Below, piece by piece: positions 1 through 7,734 of a DNA stretch of 36,611 nucleotides (position 1 is its first letter; every line of letters begins with the position of its first letter). Position numbers and translations under genes: made by a program. This stretch comes from a virus (Duplodnaviria > Caudoviricetes): positions 1-36,611 of IMG/VR virus record IMGVR_UViG_3300017766_003347. One strand, 5' to 3'. Under the pieces are notes generated by a model, which was not told the DNA's origin, did no database searches, and saw only the letters and a list, made by a program, of their open reading frames with translations.

Positions 1-123
1 ACGATTGATGGCTGATCTTGACCGCCTCAAGCAAGTTGATCGAGAGGTTCGCCGCCGCGCCGCTCGCCTGTCGCAGACCTCGGCCGACATGCTGGCCCAG
101 GCGCAACAGATCGACATCCTCAA
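1..123. repeat. Terminal direct repeat, left copy (circular assembly overlap)
   Basis: Bases 1-123 (acgattgatggctgat...gacatcctcaa) are identical to 36489-36611. Confidence 0.97.
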
Positions 124-547
124 GGCGCAACTGGCCTCGGCGATCCAGCTTGCCAAGGATCAGCAGGCGGCCATGACCGCGCTGCAAGGCCGCCTCACGG
201 TCGAGGAACAGGCCACGGCGAACGACGCCACGCGGTTGATCGCGATCGAGGCGAACTATCTCAAGCGGTTCATGCTGCCGGATTGGAACGTCGTCATTGC
301 GCAAGGGCTGGCCCTGGCACTGGCCGCCGGCAACCGAACCTACACCCTCACGCTCGCGGCGTCCTTCGGCGTCAAGGCCGGGGCTCCCATCTTCGCCACA
401 CCAAAGGGCGCCGTGCCGGCCGGCTATCTCGTGGGCGCTGCCAGCGCGCCGGCCGACAACACGCTCAACATCCAGATCGGCAACCCGCTGATTGCGATCG
501 GGGGGAGCATGTCGCTCCTCCTCTCCGTCTTCACCCTGCGACCCTGA
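8..547 (+). CDS. Hypothetical protein: N-terminal coiled coil plus C-terminal beta-rich domain (possible fibre or spike)
   Basis: ATG at 8 overlaps the terS stop (TGATG) across the circular junction. Heptad-rich N-terminal half, beta-strand-like C-terminal half. Confidence 0.75.
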   Translation: MADLDRLKQVDREVRRRAARLSQTSADMLAQAQQIDILKAQLASAIQLAKDQQAAMTALQGRLTVEEQATANDATRLIAIEANYLKRFMLPDWNVVIAQGLALALAAGNRTYTLTLAASFGVKAGAPIFATPKGAVPAGYLVGAASAPADNTLNIQIGNPLIAIGGSMSLLLSVFTLRP

Positions 548-558
548 AAGGACGCCTC

Positions 559-2124
559 ATGCCTCGCAAGAATGGCAATCTCGATCCCCTATCGTCTGGA
601 TCTCGTGGCATCGGCCGCGCCATCTACCGAAACAAGCTCGACACGCTCAACACGATCCTGACGCCGGGATACTTCAACGACGACTGGACGTTGTTGCGCG
701 ACATCGACCTCATGGACATCGTAGCGAGCGACGGAACCATGACAGCCCGCATCGCCGCCGGCACGCGGTTTGTTCTGGTCTCGCCGTTCGGAACAGGATC
801 GGCAACACGTTCAAGCAATGTCGTTGCCGGGATTGGTGACAGCACAGTTGACCAGATGACGGCCGACACGCCGAAGCGCAACTTTTCCGCTTACAATCAT
901 GTGCCTGTCGGCAATGCCCTCGCGGAAAATCGGATTGCCCGGCTCCTCAATTTCGGGAAGTCTGGCGACCGAACAGATCAAACGCTTGCACGTCTTCCGG
1001 CTGCGCTCGCTTCTGGCGCTGGCGTCCTTTACATCAGCGAAGGGATAAACAGCTTCGCACAAGCGCCATATGTCCACGCGGTCACGGGACTGACTATCTC
1101 GGCTGCGGAGGTTGGAGCCTCTGCCTTTGCCGACACCCTGCAAAAGATTGATGCGGGGCTTGCCTTGGGAATGTCCGTGATTGTGGCTCTCTGCCACGGC
1201 GCGGAAAACTACACGGCCGCGCAGATTAAGCAGATGGTGATATATAACGCGGCGATCCGTCGCGCTGCGGAGGTTCGGCCGAACGTCTGGATCCTAGATA
1301 GCCCGGCCATCCTGCATGATCCCACGACAACGCCGAATGCAATCGTCTTCCGCACGAATTACATGCGGGCCGGCGAAGCGACGCGAGTTCATGAAGGCAC
1401 GTTGGGCGCCTATTTCGTCGGCAAGGCGTTCGCCCTGATCCTGCGCGAAGTCATGCGGCTCCTGCCGCGCAACAACGTTGACGGAACCAATCAGCGTGCG
1501 AACGGCCTTCAGCTCCTCAACAATCCGTTCTTCAATGCCACGACGGGCAACGCGGGCGTTCTCGGCGCCGGGGCGACGCTGGCCGGCGGCACCGCGGCCG
1601 CGCCGCGCGAATGGAACTTCAACCGGCAGAGTGGAGACACGACTTGCAATTTCACGGTCGGGGTCGAGCCGAACGCGCAAGGCAACGGCAATGATCTGGT
1701 GATTGCTGCAACGGCGACGGTGCCGGGGACTGGCGTTCGCGTTTCGCAGGATCTCGCCGGCACGCCTCCGAACGGTGACTTCTGGATGCCGGGTGCGGTG
1801 CTGCAAGGCTTCTCGAAAATCGCCGTCATATCGGGAGCGACCGGACTGGCCTCAGTCAATACTCAAATCGAAATGAACGGCACTCTCGACGGTGTAAGCA
1901 CAACGCAAACGACGCATGCGCTCCTCGGAGATGTTCCGAGCGGCCTTTTCCCATCGACGGAAGGTTTCAATTTCGACCTGATGACAGAACAGATGCTTGT
2001 TCCGGCTTACAGCGCGCGTGCATATCTGAGCTTCAAGGCGCTCAACCTCGTGTTCGGAACTGCTGGCAGTGCGACGGTTCGCGTCAATATGCCTCAAATG
2101 TCAGTGCTATCGACGCTCGTCTAA
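559..2124 (+). CDS. SGNH/GDSL hydrolase with N-terminal decoration-protein-like domain and C-terminal putative carbohydrate-binding beta-sandwich
   Basis: AAGGA RBS before ATG 559. SGNH blocks GIGDST, NFGKSGDRT, SEGINS, TRVHEG. N-terminus aligns with ORF 10024-10272. Confidence 0.8.
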   Translation: MPRKNGNLDPLSSGSRGIGRAIYRNKLDTLNTILTPGYFNDDWTLLRDIDLMDIVASDGTMTARIAAGTRFVLVSPFGTGSATRSSNVVAGIGDSTVDQMTADTPKRNFSAYNHVPVGNALAENRIARLLNFGKSGDRTDQTLARLPAALASGAGVLYISEGINSFAQAPYVHAVTGLTISAAEVGASAFADTLQKIDAGLALGMSVIVALCHGAENYTAAQIKQMVIYNAAIRRAAEVRPNVWILDSPAILHDPTTTPNAIVFRTNYMRAGEATRVHEGTLGAYFVGKAFALILREVMRLLPRNNVDGTNQRANGLQLLNNPFFNATTGNAGVLGAGATLAGGTAAAPREWNFNRQSGDTTCNFTVGVEPNAQGNGNDLVIAATATVPGTGVRVSQDLAGTPPNGDFWMPGAVLQGFSKIAVISGATGLASVNTQIEMNGTLDGVSTTQTTHALLGDVPSGLFPSTEGFNFDLMTEQMLVPAYSARAYLSFKALNLVFGTAGSATVRVNMPQMSVLSTLV

Positions 2125-2137
2125 CCGACGCCTATAG

Positions 2138-2166
2138 TCCCGCTGTCCACCAACAGCGGGATTTTT
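2138..2166 (+). terminator. Intrinsic terminator-like hairpin immediately before terL
   Basis: TCCCGCTGT-ccacca-ACAGCGGGA followed by TTTTT. Confidence 0.65.
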
Positions 2167-2167
2167 C

Positions 2168-3817
2168 ATGTCTGAAACCGATAGCCCACGCGAGGGCCAT
2201 GAACGGGCCGTCCGCATCCGCCTGCGCGATGACTTCGAATATTACGCGCCTCGATGCCTCAAGATCCTGACCAAGCCTGACGCGCACGGGAAGTCCGATA
2301 TCGTGCCGTTCGTTTTCAACGCGGCGCAACGGTACATCCACAAGCGGATTGAGGAACAGCGCGCGCGCCTGGGGCTTGTGCGGGCGATGATCCTGAAGGG
2401 CCGCCAGCAAGGCGCGTCCACCTATACCGAAGGCCGCTTCTACTGGAAGACGACGAACAACAAGGCCGAGAAGACATTCATCCTGACGCACAAGGATGAG
2501 GCGACCGCGAACCTGTTCACGATGGCGAAGCGGTATCACGACAACGTGCCGGTTTTCGTCCAGCCGAATGTCTCGAAACAGAACGCGAAAGAGCTGGTAT
2601 TCGACAGGCTCGACAGCCGGTATCAGGTGGCGACGGCCGGGAGCAAGGGCGCCGGGCGATCGGCGACGCTCACGAACGTGCACGGCTCTGAAGTGGGCTA
2701 TTGGGAGAACGCGCAATCCCACCTCTCGGGGATGCTTCAGGCGGTGCCGTTCGCTCGCGGGACGGAGGTCATCCTTGAAAGCACGGCGAACGGCGTTGGC
2801 AATGTGTTCCATGAGCAATGGAAGCTGGCCGAAGCCGGGCAATCAGACTTCATCGCGATCTTTGTCCCGTGGTTCTGGCAGACGGAATACCGGCGGCCGG
2901 TGCCGGATGATTTCTATCCGGATGGCAATGCGGAGAACGTGCCGGAAGGCGAGCTGACGGAGCAAGACTACCAGCAGCAATTCAAGCTGGATGACGAGCA
3001 AATCTACTGGCGCCGGATGAAGATCATCGAAATGGGCGGCGGCGAAGCGGGCTTCTATGAGTTCAAAAAGGAATATCCCGCGACGGCCGATGAAGCGTTC
3101 CAGGCATCGGCAATCGGCTCGCTCCTGTCCCGCAAGTTCGTCCTGAAGGCGCGCAAGTCCACCGTGGCGACAGAGGGGCCGCTGATCATCGGCTGCGATC
3201 CTGCCGGCGACGGGGAGGACAGCGACCGCACCGTGATCGTTCGGCGCCGCACGCGCCGGATCTTCGGGATCGAGACTTACAACACGCTGAATACGATGCA
3301 GATCGCGGCCCGGCTGCACGCGATCGTCATGCAGGAGAAGCCGTCAAAGGTGTTCGTGGATGTCGGCGGCCTGGGCGTCGGCGTGGTGGATCGCCTGCTA
3401 GAGCTGCAAGGGACGGCCGGCATCGTGATCCCGATCAACTTCGGGGAAAGCGCGAACGAACCGGATCGCTACACCAACCGAAAAGCCGAAATGGCGTGGC
3501 TGCTCAAGGAATGGCTGGAAGATCCTGGCGGCGCCAACATCCCCGATGATGACGCGGTGCAGGCTGACTTTCTCGCCACGCCTCCCGACGATCCCGACAG
3601 CAATCAGCGGCGGCGGCTGAAGGGCAAGAAATGGGTGAAGAAGCACGCCGGTTTCTCGCCTGATATCTTCGACGGCGCGTGCCTGACGTTCGCCCTCCCG
3701 ATTGCGGGCTTCACCTCGGGGCAAGGCAACTCGGCCGTCGATTTCGATCCCTTGGACTTCGCCGCGGGAGGTGATGCCGGCATCGGGAATTCGTACACCG
3801 ACTTCAACGTTTTCTGA
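2168..3817 (+). CDS. terL: Terminase large subunit
   Basis: Walker A-type LKGRQQGAST, HGSEV Walker B region, ESTANG coupling motif, RNase H-like IGCDPA and SPDIFD. Confidence 0.95.
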   Translation: MSETDSPREGHERAVRIRLRDDFEYYAPRCLKILTKPDAHGKSDIVPFVFNAAQRYIHKRIEEQRARLGLVRAMILKGRQQGASTYTEGRFYWKTTNNKAEKTFILTHKDEATANLFTMAKRYHDNVPVFVQPNVSKQNAKELVFDRLDSRYQVATAGSKGAGRSATLTNVHGSEVGYWENAQSHLSGMLQAVPFARGTEVILESTANGVGNVFHEQWKLAEAGQSDFIAIFVPWFWQTEYRRPVPDDFYPDGNAENVPEGELTEQDYQQQFKLDDEQIYWRRMKIIEMGGGEAGFYEFKKEYPATADEAFQASAIGSLLSRKFVLKARKSTVATEGPLIIGCDPAGDGEDSDRTVIVRRRTRRIFGIETYNTLNTMQIAARLHAIVMQEKPSKVFVDVGGLGVGVVDRLLELQGTAGIVIPINFGESANEPDRYTNRKAEMAWLLKEWLEDPGGANIPDDDAVQADFLATPPDDPDSNQRRRLKGKKWVKKHAGFSPDIFDGACLTFALPIAGFTSGQGNSAVDFDPLDFAAGGDAGIGNSYTDFNVF

Positions 3818-3872
3818 AAAAAAGTGTCGAGGCTGTCAGACGGCGACGAAGCACACGTTTTTCAAACGGCAT

Positions 3873-3960
3873 TGCTAACCCGCTGTAAATAAAGGATGTG
3901 AGTGCAGCCACGGCAAAGCCAATCGCCAGCCAAACGACTGCCCCCACACCCACACCCATA
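3873..3960 (+). repeat. Intergenic copy of the initiator-gene iteron-like segment (pairs with 32347-32434)
   Basis: Ungapped manual alignment gives 67/88 identity, and 47/53 over the core 3906-3958. Confidence 0.9.
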
Positions 3961-4021
3961 TATACTCACTACGTTCGTATAAAACCGACGCTTCACGTCG
4001 TCAAAAAAATGGGAAGATGAA

Positions 4022-4183
4022 ATGCGGAGACGACAGATCAAGACGCACCTCAATGTGCTGCGATACCAGATCAAGGAACGGGCTTTCGACCTGTGGAATA
4101 TCACCCTCCCAATCTTCCTCACGGTCGGGTTGGTCATGGGGTCGGTGCGCGCCTGGGCTTTCCTGTTGGGGTTCGATCTGTGA
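4022..4183 (+). CDS. Small membrane protein (53 aa), absent from ORF track
   Basis: MRRRQIKTHLNVLRYQIKERAFDLWNITLPIFLTVGLVMGSVRAWAFLLGFDL. Its stop overlaps the next GTG start (GTGA). Confidence 0.6.
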   Translation: MRRRQIKTHLNVLRYQIKERAFDLWNITLPIFLTVGLVMGSVRAWAFLLGFDL

Positions 4184-4704
4184 AGCGGCGATACACCGCG
4201 ATCGTCATATTCCAAGGCGCGGAGCATCGGCGGTTTTGGCGGATCTTCACCCGGCGGGGCTGGCGGCACTGCTATGTGATCCTCCCGGTTTTCTATCCGG
4301 AACCCGGCCTGCTCGCCGATCGATATGCGACCGTCATCAACCCGACGACGGATCACGTCGGCATCGATGTGCATTTCCAATCGCCCGACGCGCTCGCCCG
4401 CCGCGCGCTGCAAGAGGGTGCCACGGCCGCGATCAAGATCGCTATTGCTTGGGATTTTCGCGGGGCCTATGTTCCGCGGGGCATCCTGACGTGCGTTTCT
4501 CTGGTCAAAGCGGTGCTTGGCCTCGGCGCGTGGTACGTCTGGACCCCTGAGCATTTAGCTCGTCACCTCCTCCGGATCGGAGGGCAATTCATGGAGATCG
4601 ATGATGTCAACGTTATTCGGCGGGCCGAAACCGAAGGTGGACCAGAACGCGCAGCGCGCGCAGCGCCAGCAGGAACAGCAGATCAACAAACAGTCGGCCG
4701 ATGA
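4180..4704 (+). CDS. Permuted papain-like (NlpC/P60 superfamily) cysteine hydrolase
   Basis: His motif GWRHC precedes Cys motif LTCVSLVK, then WTPEHL, the order seen in permuted papain-like enzymes. GTG start coupled to upstream stop. Confidence 0.6.
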   Translation: MKRRYTAIVIFQGAEHRRFWRIFTRRGWRHCYVILPVFYPEPGLLADRYATVINPTTDHVGIDVHFQSPDALARRALQEGATAAIKIAIAWDFRGAYVPRGILTCVSLVKAVLGLGAWYVWTPEHLARHLLRIGGQFMEIDDVNVIRRAETEGGPERAARAAPAGTADQQTVGR

Positions 4705-4816
4705 GGCGAAGGATCTCGGCGCTCGCCGGCGGATCATCGCGGCGCGCTCGGGCGGCAACTCCTCGCTCTACGCCTCGGGCGGCGCCGCCGGCGTCAAAGA
4801 CACGTTGGGGGGCTGA
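4604..4816 (+). CDS. Small virion-associated protein preceding portal
   Basis: GGAG RBS. MSTLFGGPKPK...GVKDTLGG resembles the small pre-portal genes of podoviruses. Confidence 0.75.
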   Translation: MSTLFGGPKPKVDQNAQRAQRQQEQQINKQSADEAKDLGARRRIIAARSGGNSSLYASGGAAGVKDTLGG

Positions 4817-4819
4817 TCT

Positions 4820-6496
4820 ATGGCGCGTTGGACAGAGGCGGCCGTCTGCGCCCTATCAGACAAGGCATGGACGGCGAAAGACAACTGGCAGGAATTGCTT
4901 GCCGAGTGCTATGACTTCGCCCTGTCCGACCGCAATCCCTACACGTGGAACGGCACCGGCAAGCCCCAGGGATCGGCCGGCACGCAAGGCAAGGACAAGG
5001 CCAGCCGCAAGGTCTATGACAGCACGCTTGGGACCGACGCCGTTCGCCTGACGAACCGCATTCAGTACGAGCTTTTCCCCATCGGGTCGAAGTGGGCCGA
5101 GTTCATTCCCGGCGCCTTTGTCGGGCAAGGGCAGGACGGCGACGCGCGGGCCGGTCTGATCGAGAGCGCCCGCACGGATCTTGAAGCCCTGCGGGAAATT
5201 GTGTTCACGGCGATCCAGCTTTCGAATTTCGATCTCGCGATTTCGGAATGGCTTCTGGAACTGGTTGTGGCCGGCACGGCCTGCATGCTGATCCAGCAGG
5301 GCGACGACGACAATCCGATTGTTTACTCGGCCGTCACCCAGGCGCATGTGGCCTTCCGCGAAGGCGCGTTCGGCAAGATCGACCTGATCAGCCGGCGGCA
5401 CAAGATCCGGTTCTCGCTGATCAAAGAGACGTGGAAGGACGCGACGCTTCCGGAGGTCGAGGAGGCGGATCGCTCGAAAGATCCGGAATGCGACCTGATT
5501 GACGTGTGCTACTGGTCGAGCCTGGACAAGCTTTGGTATTACGATGTGATCTTTCTTTCGGGCTCCAAGAAGGCCCGCAAGGAACAGCGCATTGTGTCGC
5601 GCGAAAGCGAAGTCTGCCCGTGGGTCATTGCCCGCTGGTCGAAGGCGACGGGCGAAGCGCAAGGCCGGTCGCTCGTCATGCAGGCCCTCCCCGATGCGCG
5701 CGTTCTCTCCGCGGTCAAGTCCTACCTCCTGCGCCATGCGGCCCTGGCGATCGGCGGCGTCTTCATGGTCCGGAACGACGGCATCGTGAACGCGAACAAT
5801 GTCCGGATCTTCCCAGGCGCCAACATTCCGGTGCGCGCCACGGGCGGCCCGGCCGGCGCCTCGATCGCCCCGCTTCAGGTCGGCGGCGACGTGAACCTTG
5901 CGCAGCTCGTCATTCAGGATCTCGTGCAGTCCATCCACAAGATCATGATGAACGACGGGATGCCCGACATCAAAGACGGCGTGCGCACGGCGACGGAATT
6001 GCTTGAGCGCCTGAAAGAGCTTCAGCAGTCCATGGGCGCGCCGTTCTCGCGGATCTTGCGCGAGGGCATCACGCCCATGCTCGAAAACACGATCTACCTC
6101 CTCGGCAAGATGAACGTGATCCCGCTTCAGCCGGGGCAACGGCTGAAGCTCAACAGCGGGCAAGTCCAAGTCCGGTTCGCCTCGCCGCTTGTGCAGGGTC
6201 AGAGCCTGCGTGAAGTCGAGGCGGCACAACAGGCGATGGCGATCACGCAAGCCGTCGCGGGTCCGGAGGGCGGCACGGCCGCCGTCGCCGCGTCGTTCAA
6301 GATCGAGGACTTCGGCGCATGGGTCGCCGGCAAGCTCTCCGTCGATCCGAAGCTTGTCCGCACGTCACAAGAGCGCAAGACATTGCAGGATCAGGCGGGT
6401 AAGGTGATGGCGGCCCAGGCGGGCGGCGTCGGCATTGACGGCACCGCTCCGGGCGTTCCAGCCCAACAGCAACAGCCGCTTTCGATGGCGGCATAA
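4820..6496 (+). CDS. Portal (head-to-tail connector), T7/BPP-1 type
   Basis: 558 aa. Motifs VYDST, LVVAGTA, PWVIARW..GE..GRS, RTATE, QVRFASPL. Confidence 0.93.
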   Translation: MARWTEAAVCALSDKAWTAKDNWQELLAECYDFALSDRNPYTWNGTGKPQGSAGTQGKDKASRKVYDSTLGTDAVRLTNRIQYELFPIGSKWAEFIPGAFVGQGQDGDARAGLIESARTDLEALREIVFTAIQLSNFDLAISEWLLELVVAGTACMLIQQGDDDNPIVYSAVTQAHVAFREGAFGKIDLISRRHKIRFSLIKETWKDATLPEVEEADRSKDPECDLIDVCYWSSLDKLWYYDVIFLSGSKKARKEQRIVSRESEVCPWVIARWSKATGEAQGRSLVMQALPDARVLSAVKSYLLRHAALAIGGVFMVRNDGIVNANNVRIFPGANIPVRATGGPAGASIAPLQVGGDVNLAQLVIQDLVQSIHKIMMNDGMPDIKDGVRTATELLERLKELQQSMGAPFSRILREGITPMLENTIYLLGKMNVIPLQPGQRLKLNSGQVQVRFASPLVQGQSLREVEAAQQAMAITQAVAGPEGGTAAVAASFKIEDFGAWVAGKLSVDPKLVRTSQERKTLQDQAGKVMAAQAGGVGIDGTAPGVPAQQQQPLSMAA

Positions 6497-6505
6497 GGAG
6501 ACGAC

Positions 6506-6859
6506 ATGACACTTGACCTCGGATGGCTCACGGGTTCTGGCCCTGAAACCCCGCAAGAGGCCGAAGCGGCGAACGACGAACTGGCGCGCGCCGCGCAACT
6601 CGCCGCGATCGAAGATGCGAAGCTGTTTCACGATGTCTTCGCCAACGGTCGCGGCCCGGAAATGCTGGAATGGCTGCGGAACCATACGATTGAAATTCCG
6701 CTTATGTCGTTCAGCGGGACATTCGGCGGGGGAGAGGTCAGCCTGTCAACGTCGGATTGGGCGTTCTTCCGCACCGGGCAGAACTCCGTCACTCACCTGA
6801 TCGAGCATCAAATCCGGGTGGCAACCACGCCCCCGACAACCGAAGGGAAACCGAAATGA
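6506..6859 (+). CDS. Conserved post-portal protein (Bbp19-like)
   Basis: AAGGAG RBS. VF....G.EML.WL...T and AFFR.GQNSV pattern; position after portal. Confidence 0.75.
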   Translation: MTLDLGWLTGSGPETPQEAEAANDELARAAQLAAIEDAKLFHDVFANGRGPEMLEWLRNHTIEIPLMSFSGTFGGGEVSLSTSDWAFFRTGQNSVTHLIEHQIRVATTPPTTEGKPK

Positions 6860-7650
6860 AAGCGCTCTACACCTCTGCGGCGGCGGCCGCCCTTATGATT
6901 GCGATGTCGCCGGCTGACAGCGCCAGCGGCGGGACGGCCGATCTCAACAGCCGGATCAAGGCAAGTCTCTCCAAGCTCGACACGGCCAACGATGATCACT
7001 GGACGGATGCGGGTTTGCCGCGCGTCGAACGGCTCCGCGATCTTACCGGCGACCAGGGCATCACGCGCCGCATGGTCGAGGACGCCGCGCCGGGCTTCAA
7101 CCGGGCCAATGCTCACGCCGCGCCGTCCGACACGTCCACGCTCACGAGCAAACAGACGCCCGTTGCGGAGGCCGGCGCCGATACCCCGATCCCCGTGCAG
7201 ATCGTGAAGGCGAATGAAATCGGCGAGCCCGACGCCGGGTCGTTCATGAAATCGGCGGCCGAGATCAGCAAGGAAAACGCCGATCCGGATCTCACCGCCG
7301 GCGAGGCTGCGGCCAACACGGCGACATCGATGTATCCGGAGATCACGGCCGCCGGCGAAGGCCAGCCGGGGAACGATGATGGGTCGCTGTTCGCTGGCGA
7401 CGAAGATCGGCCGGCCGCAACGGTCGAGCCCTCGGCGATCGCCGACAGCTATCCCGACGCCTTCGCCCTGCTCGATGCCCTGGCGATCGTCGCCGCGCAG
7501 CCGCGCTACCGTCGCAACGGCGAGCTTCAGCAGCTCATCCGCTCCTACTCGATCCAGCAGACGCAGATGCGGGATCTTCAGGGCCGGCTTGACGCTCGCG
7601 ACGAAGCCCGCGCCGCGCGACAGGATGACGACGCCGCGAAAGTAGCGTAA
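6856..7650 (+). CDS. Hypothetical head-region protein with acidic low-complexity centre
   Basis: ATGA overlap with upstream stop. Contains LD..NDDHWT..GLPRV...ITR......PGFNR, a motif I recognise from other phage proteins. Confidence 0.8.
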   Translation: MKALYTSAAAAALMIAMSPADSASGGTADLNSRIKASLSKLDTANDDHWTDAGLPRVERLRDLTGDQGITRRMVEDAAPGFNRANAHAAPSDTSTLTSKQTPVAEAGADTPIPVQIVKANEIGEPDAGSFMKSAAEISKENADPDLTAGEAAANTATSMYPEITAAGEGQPGNDDGSLFAGDEDRPAATVEPSAIADSYPDAFALLDALAIVAAQPRYRRNGELQQLIRSYSIQQTQMRDLQGRLDARDEARAARQDDDAAKVA

Positions 7651-7681
7651 AGCTCGGGGCGTAACTCTCCCCCTGTAATCT

Positions 7682-7711
7682 GGCGCGGCCTCTCGGGGTC
7701 GCGCCTTTTTT
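7682..7711 (+). terminator. Intrinsic terminator
   Basis: GGCGCGGCCT-ctcg-GGGTCGCGCC followed by TTTTTT. Confidence 0.75.
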
Positions 7712-7734
7712 GTTCCAACAGCAAGGAATGGACC

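Noticed and set aside
283-558. N-terminal extension of the SGNH ORF given in the ORF track
   Set aside because: It overlaps gene 8-547 and reads as off-frame Arg-rich sequence. The RBS and the homology both start at ATG 559.
3898-4020. Small GTG-started ORFs over the iteron copy (40 aa from 3898, 26 aa from 3902)
   Set aside because: Short, with marginal RBS spacing or no recognisable protein features. I cannot support them as genes, though they are not excluded.
4856-6250. Long antisense ORFs (also 11319-12365, 14496-15602, 16030-18495, 26989-28269, 28982-30175, 35024-35950)
   Set aside because: Shadow ORFs expected opposite high-GC3 genes, with no motifs or convincing RBS
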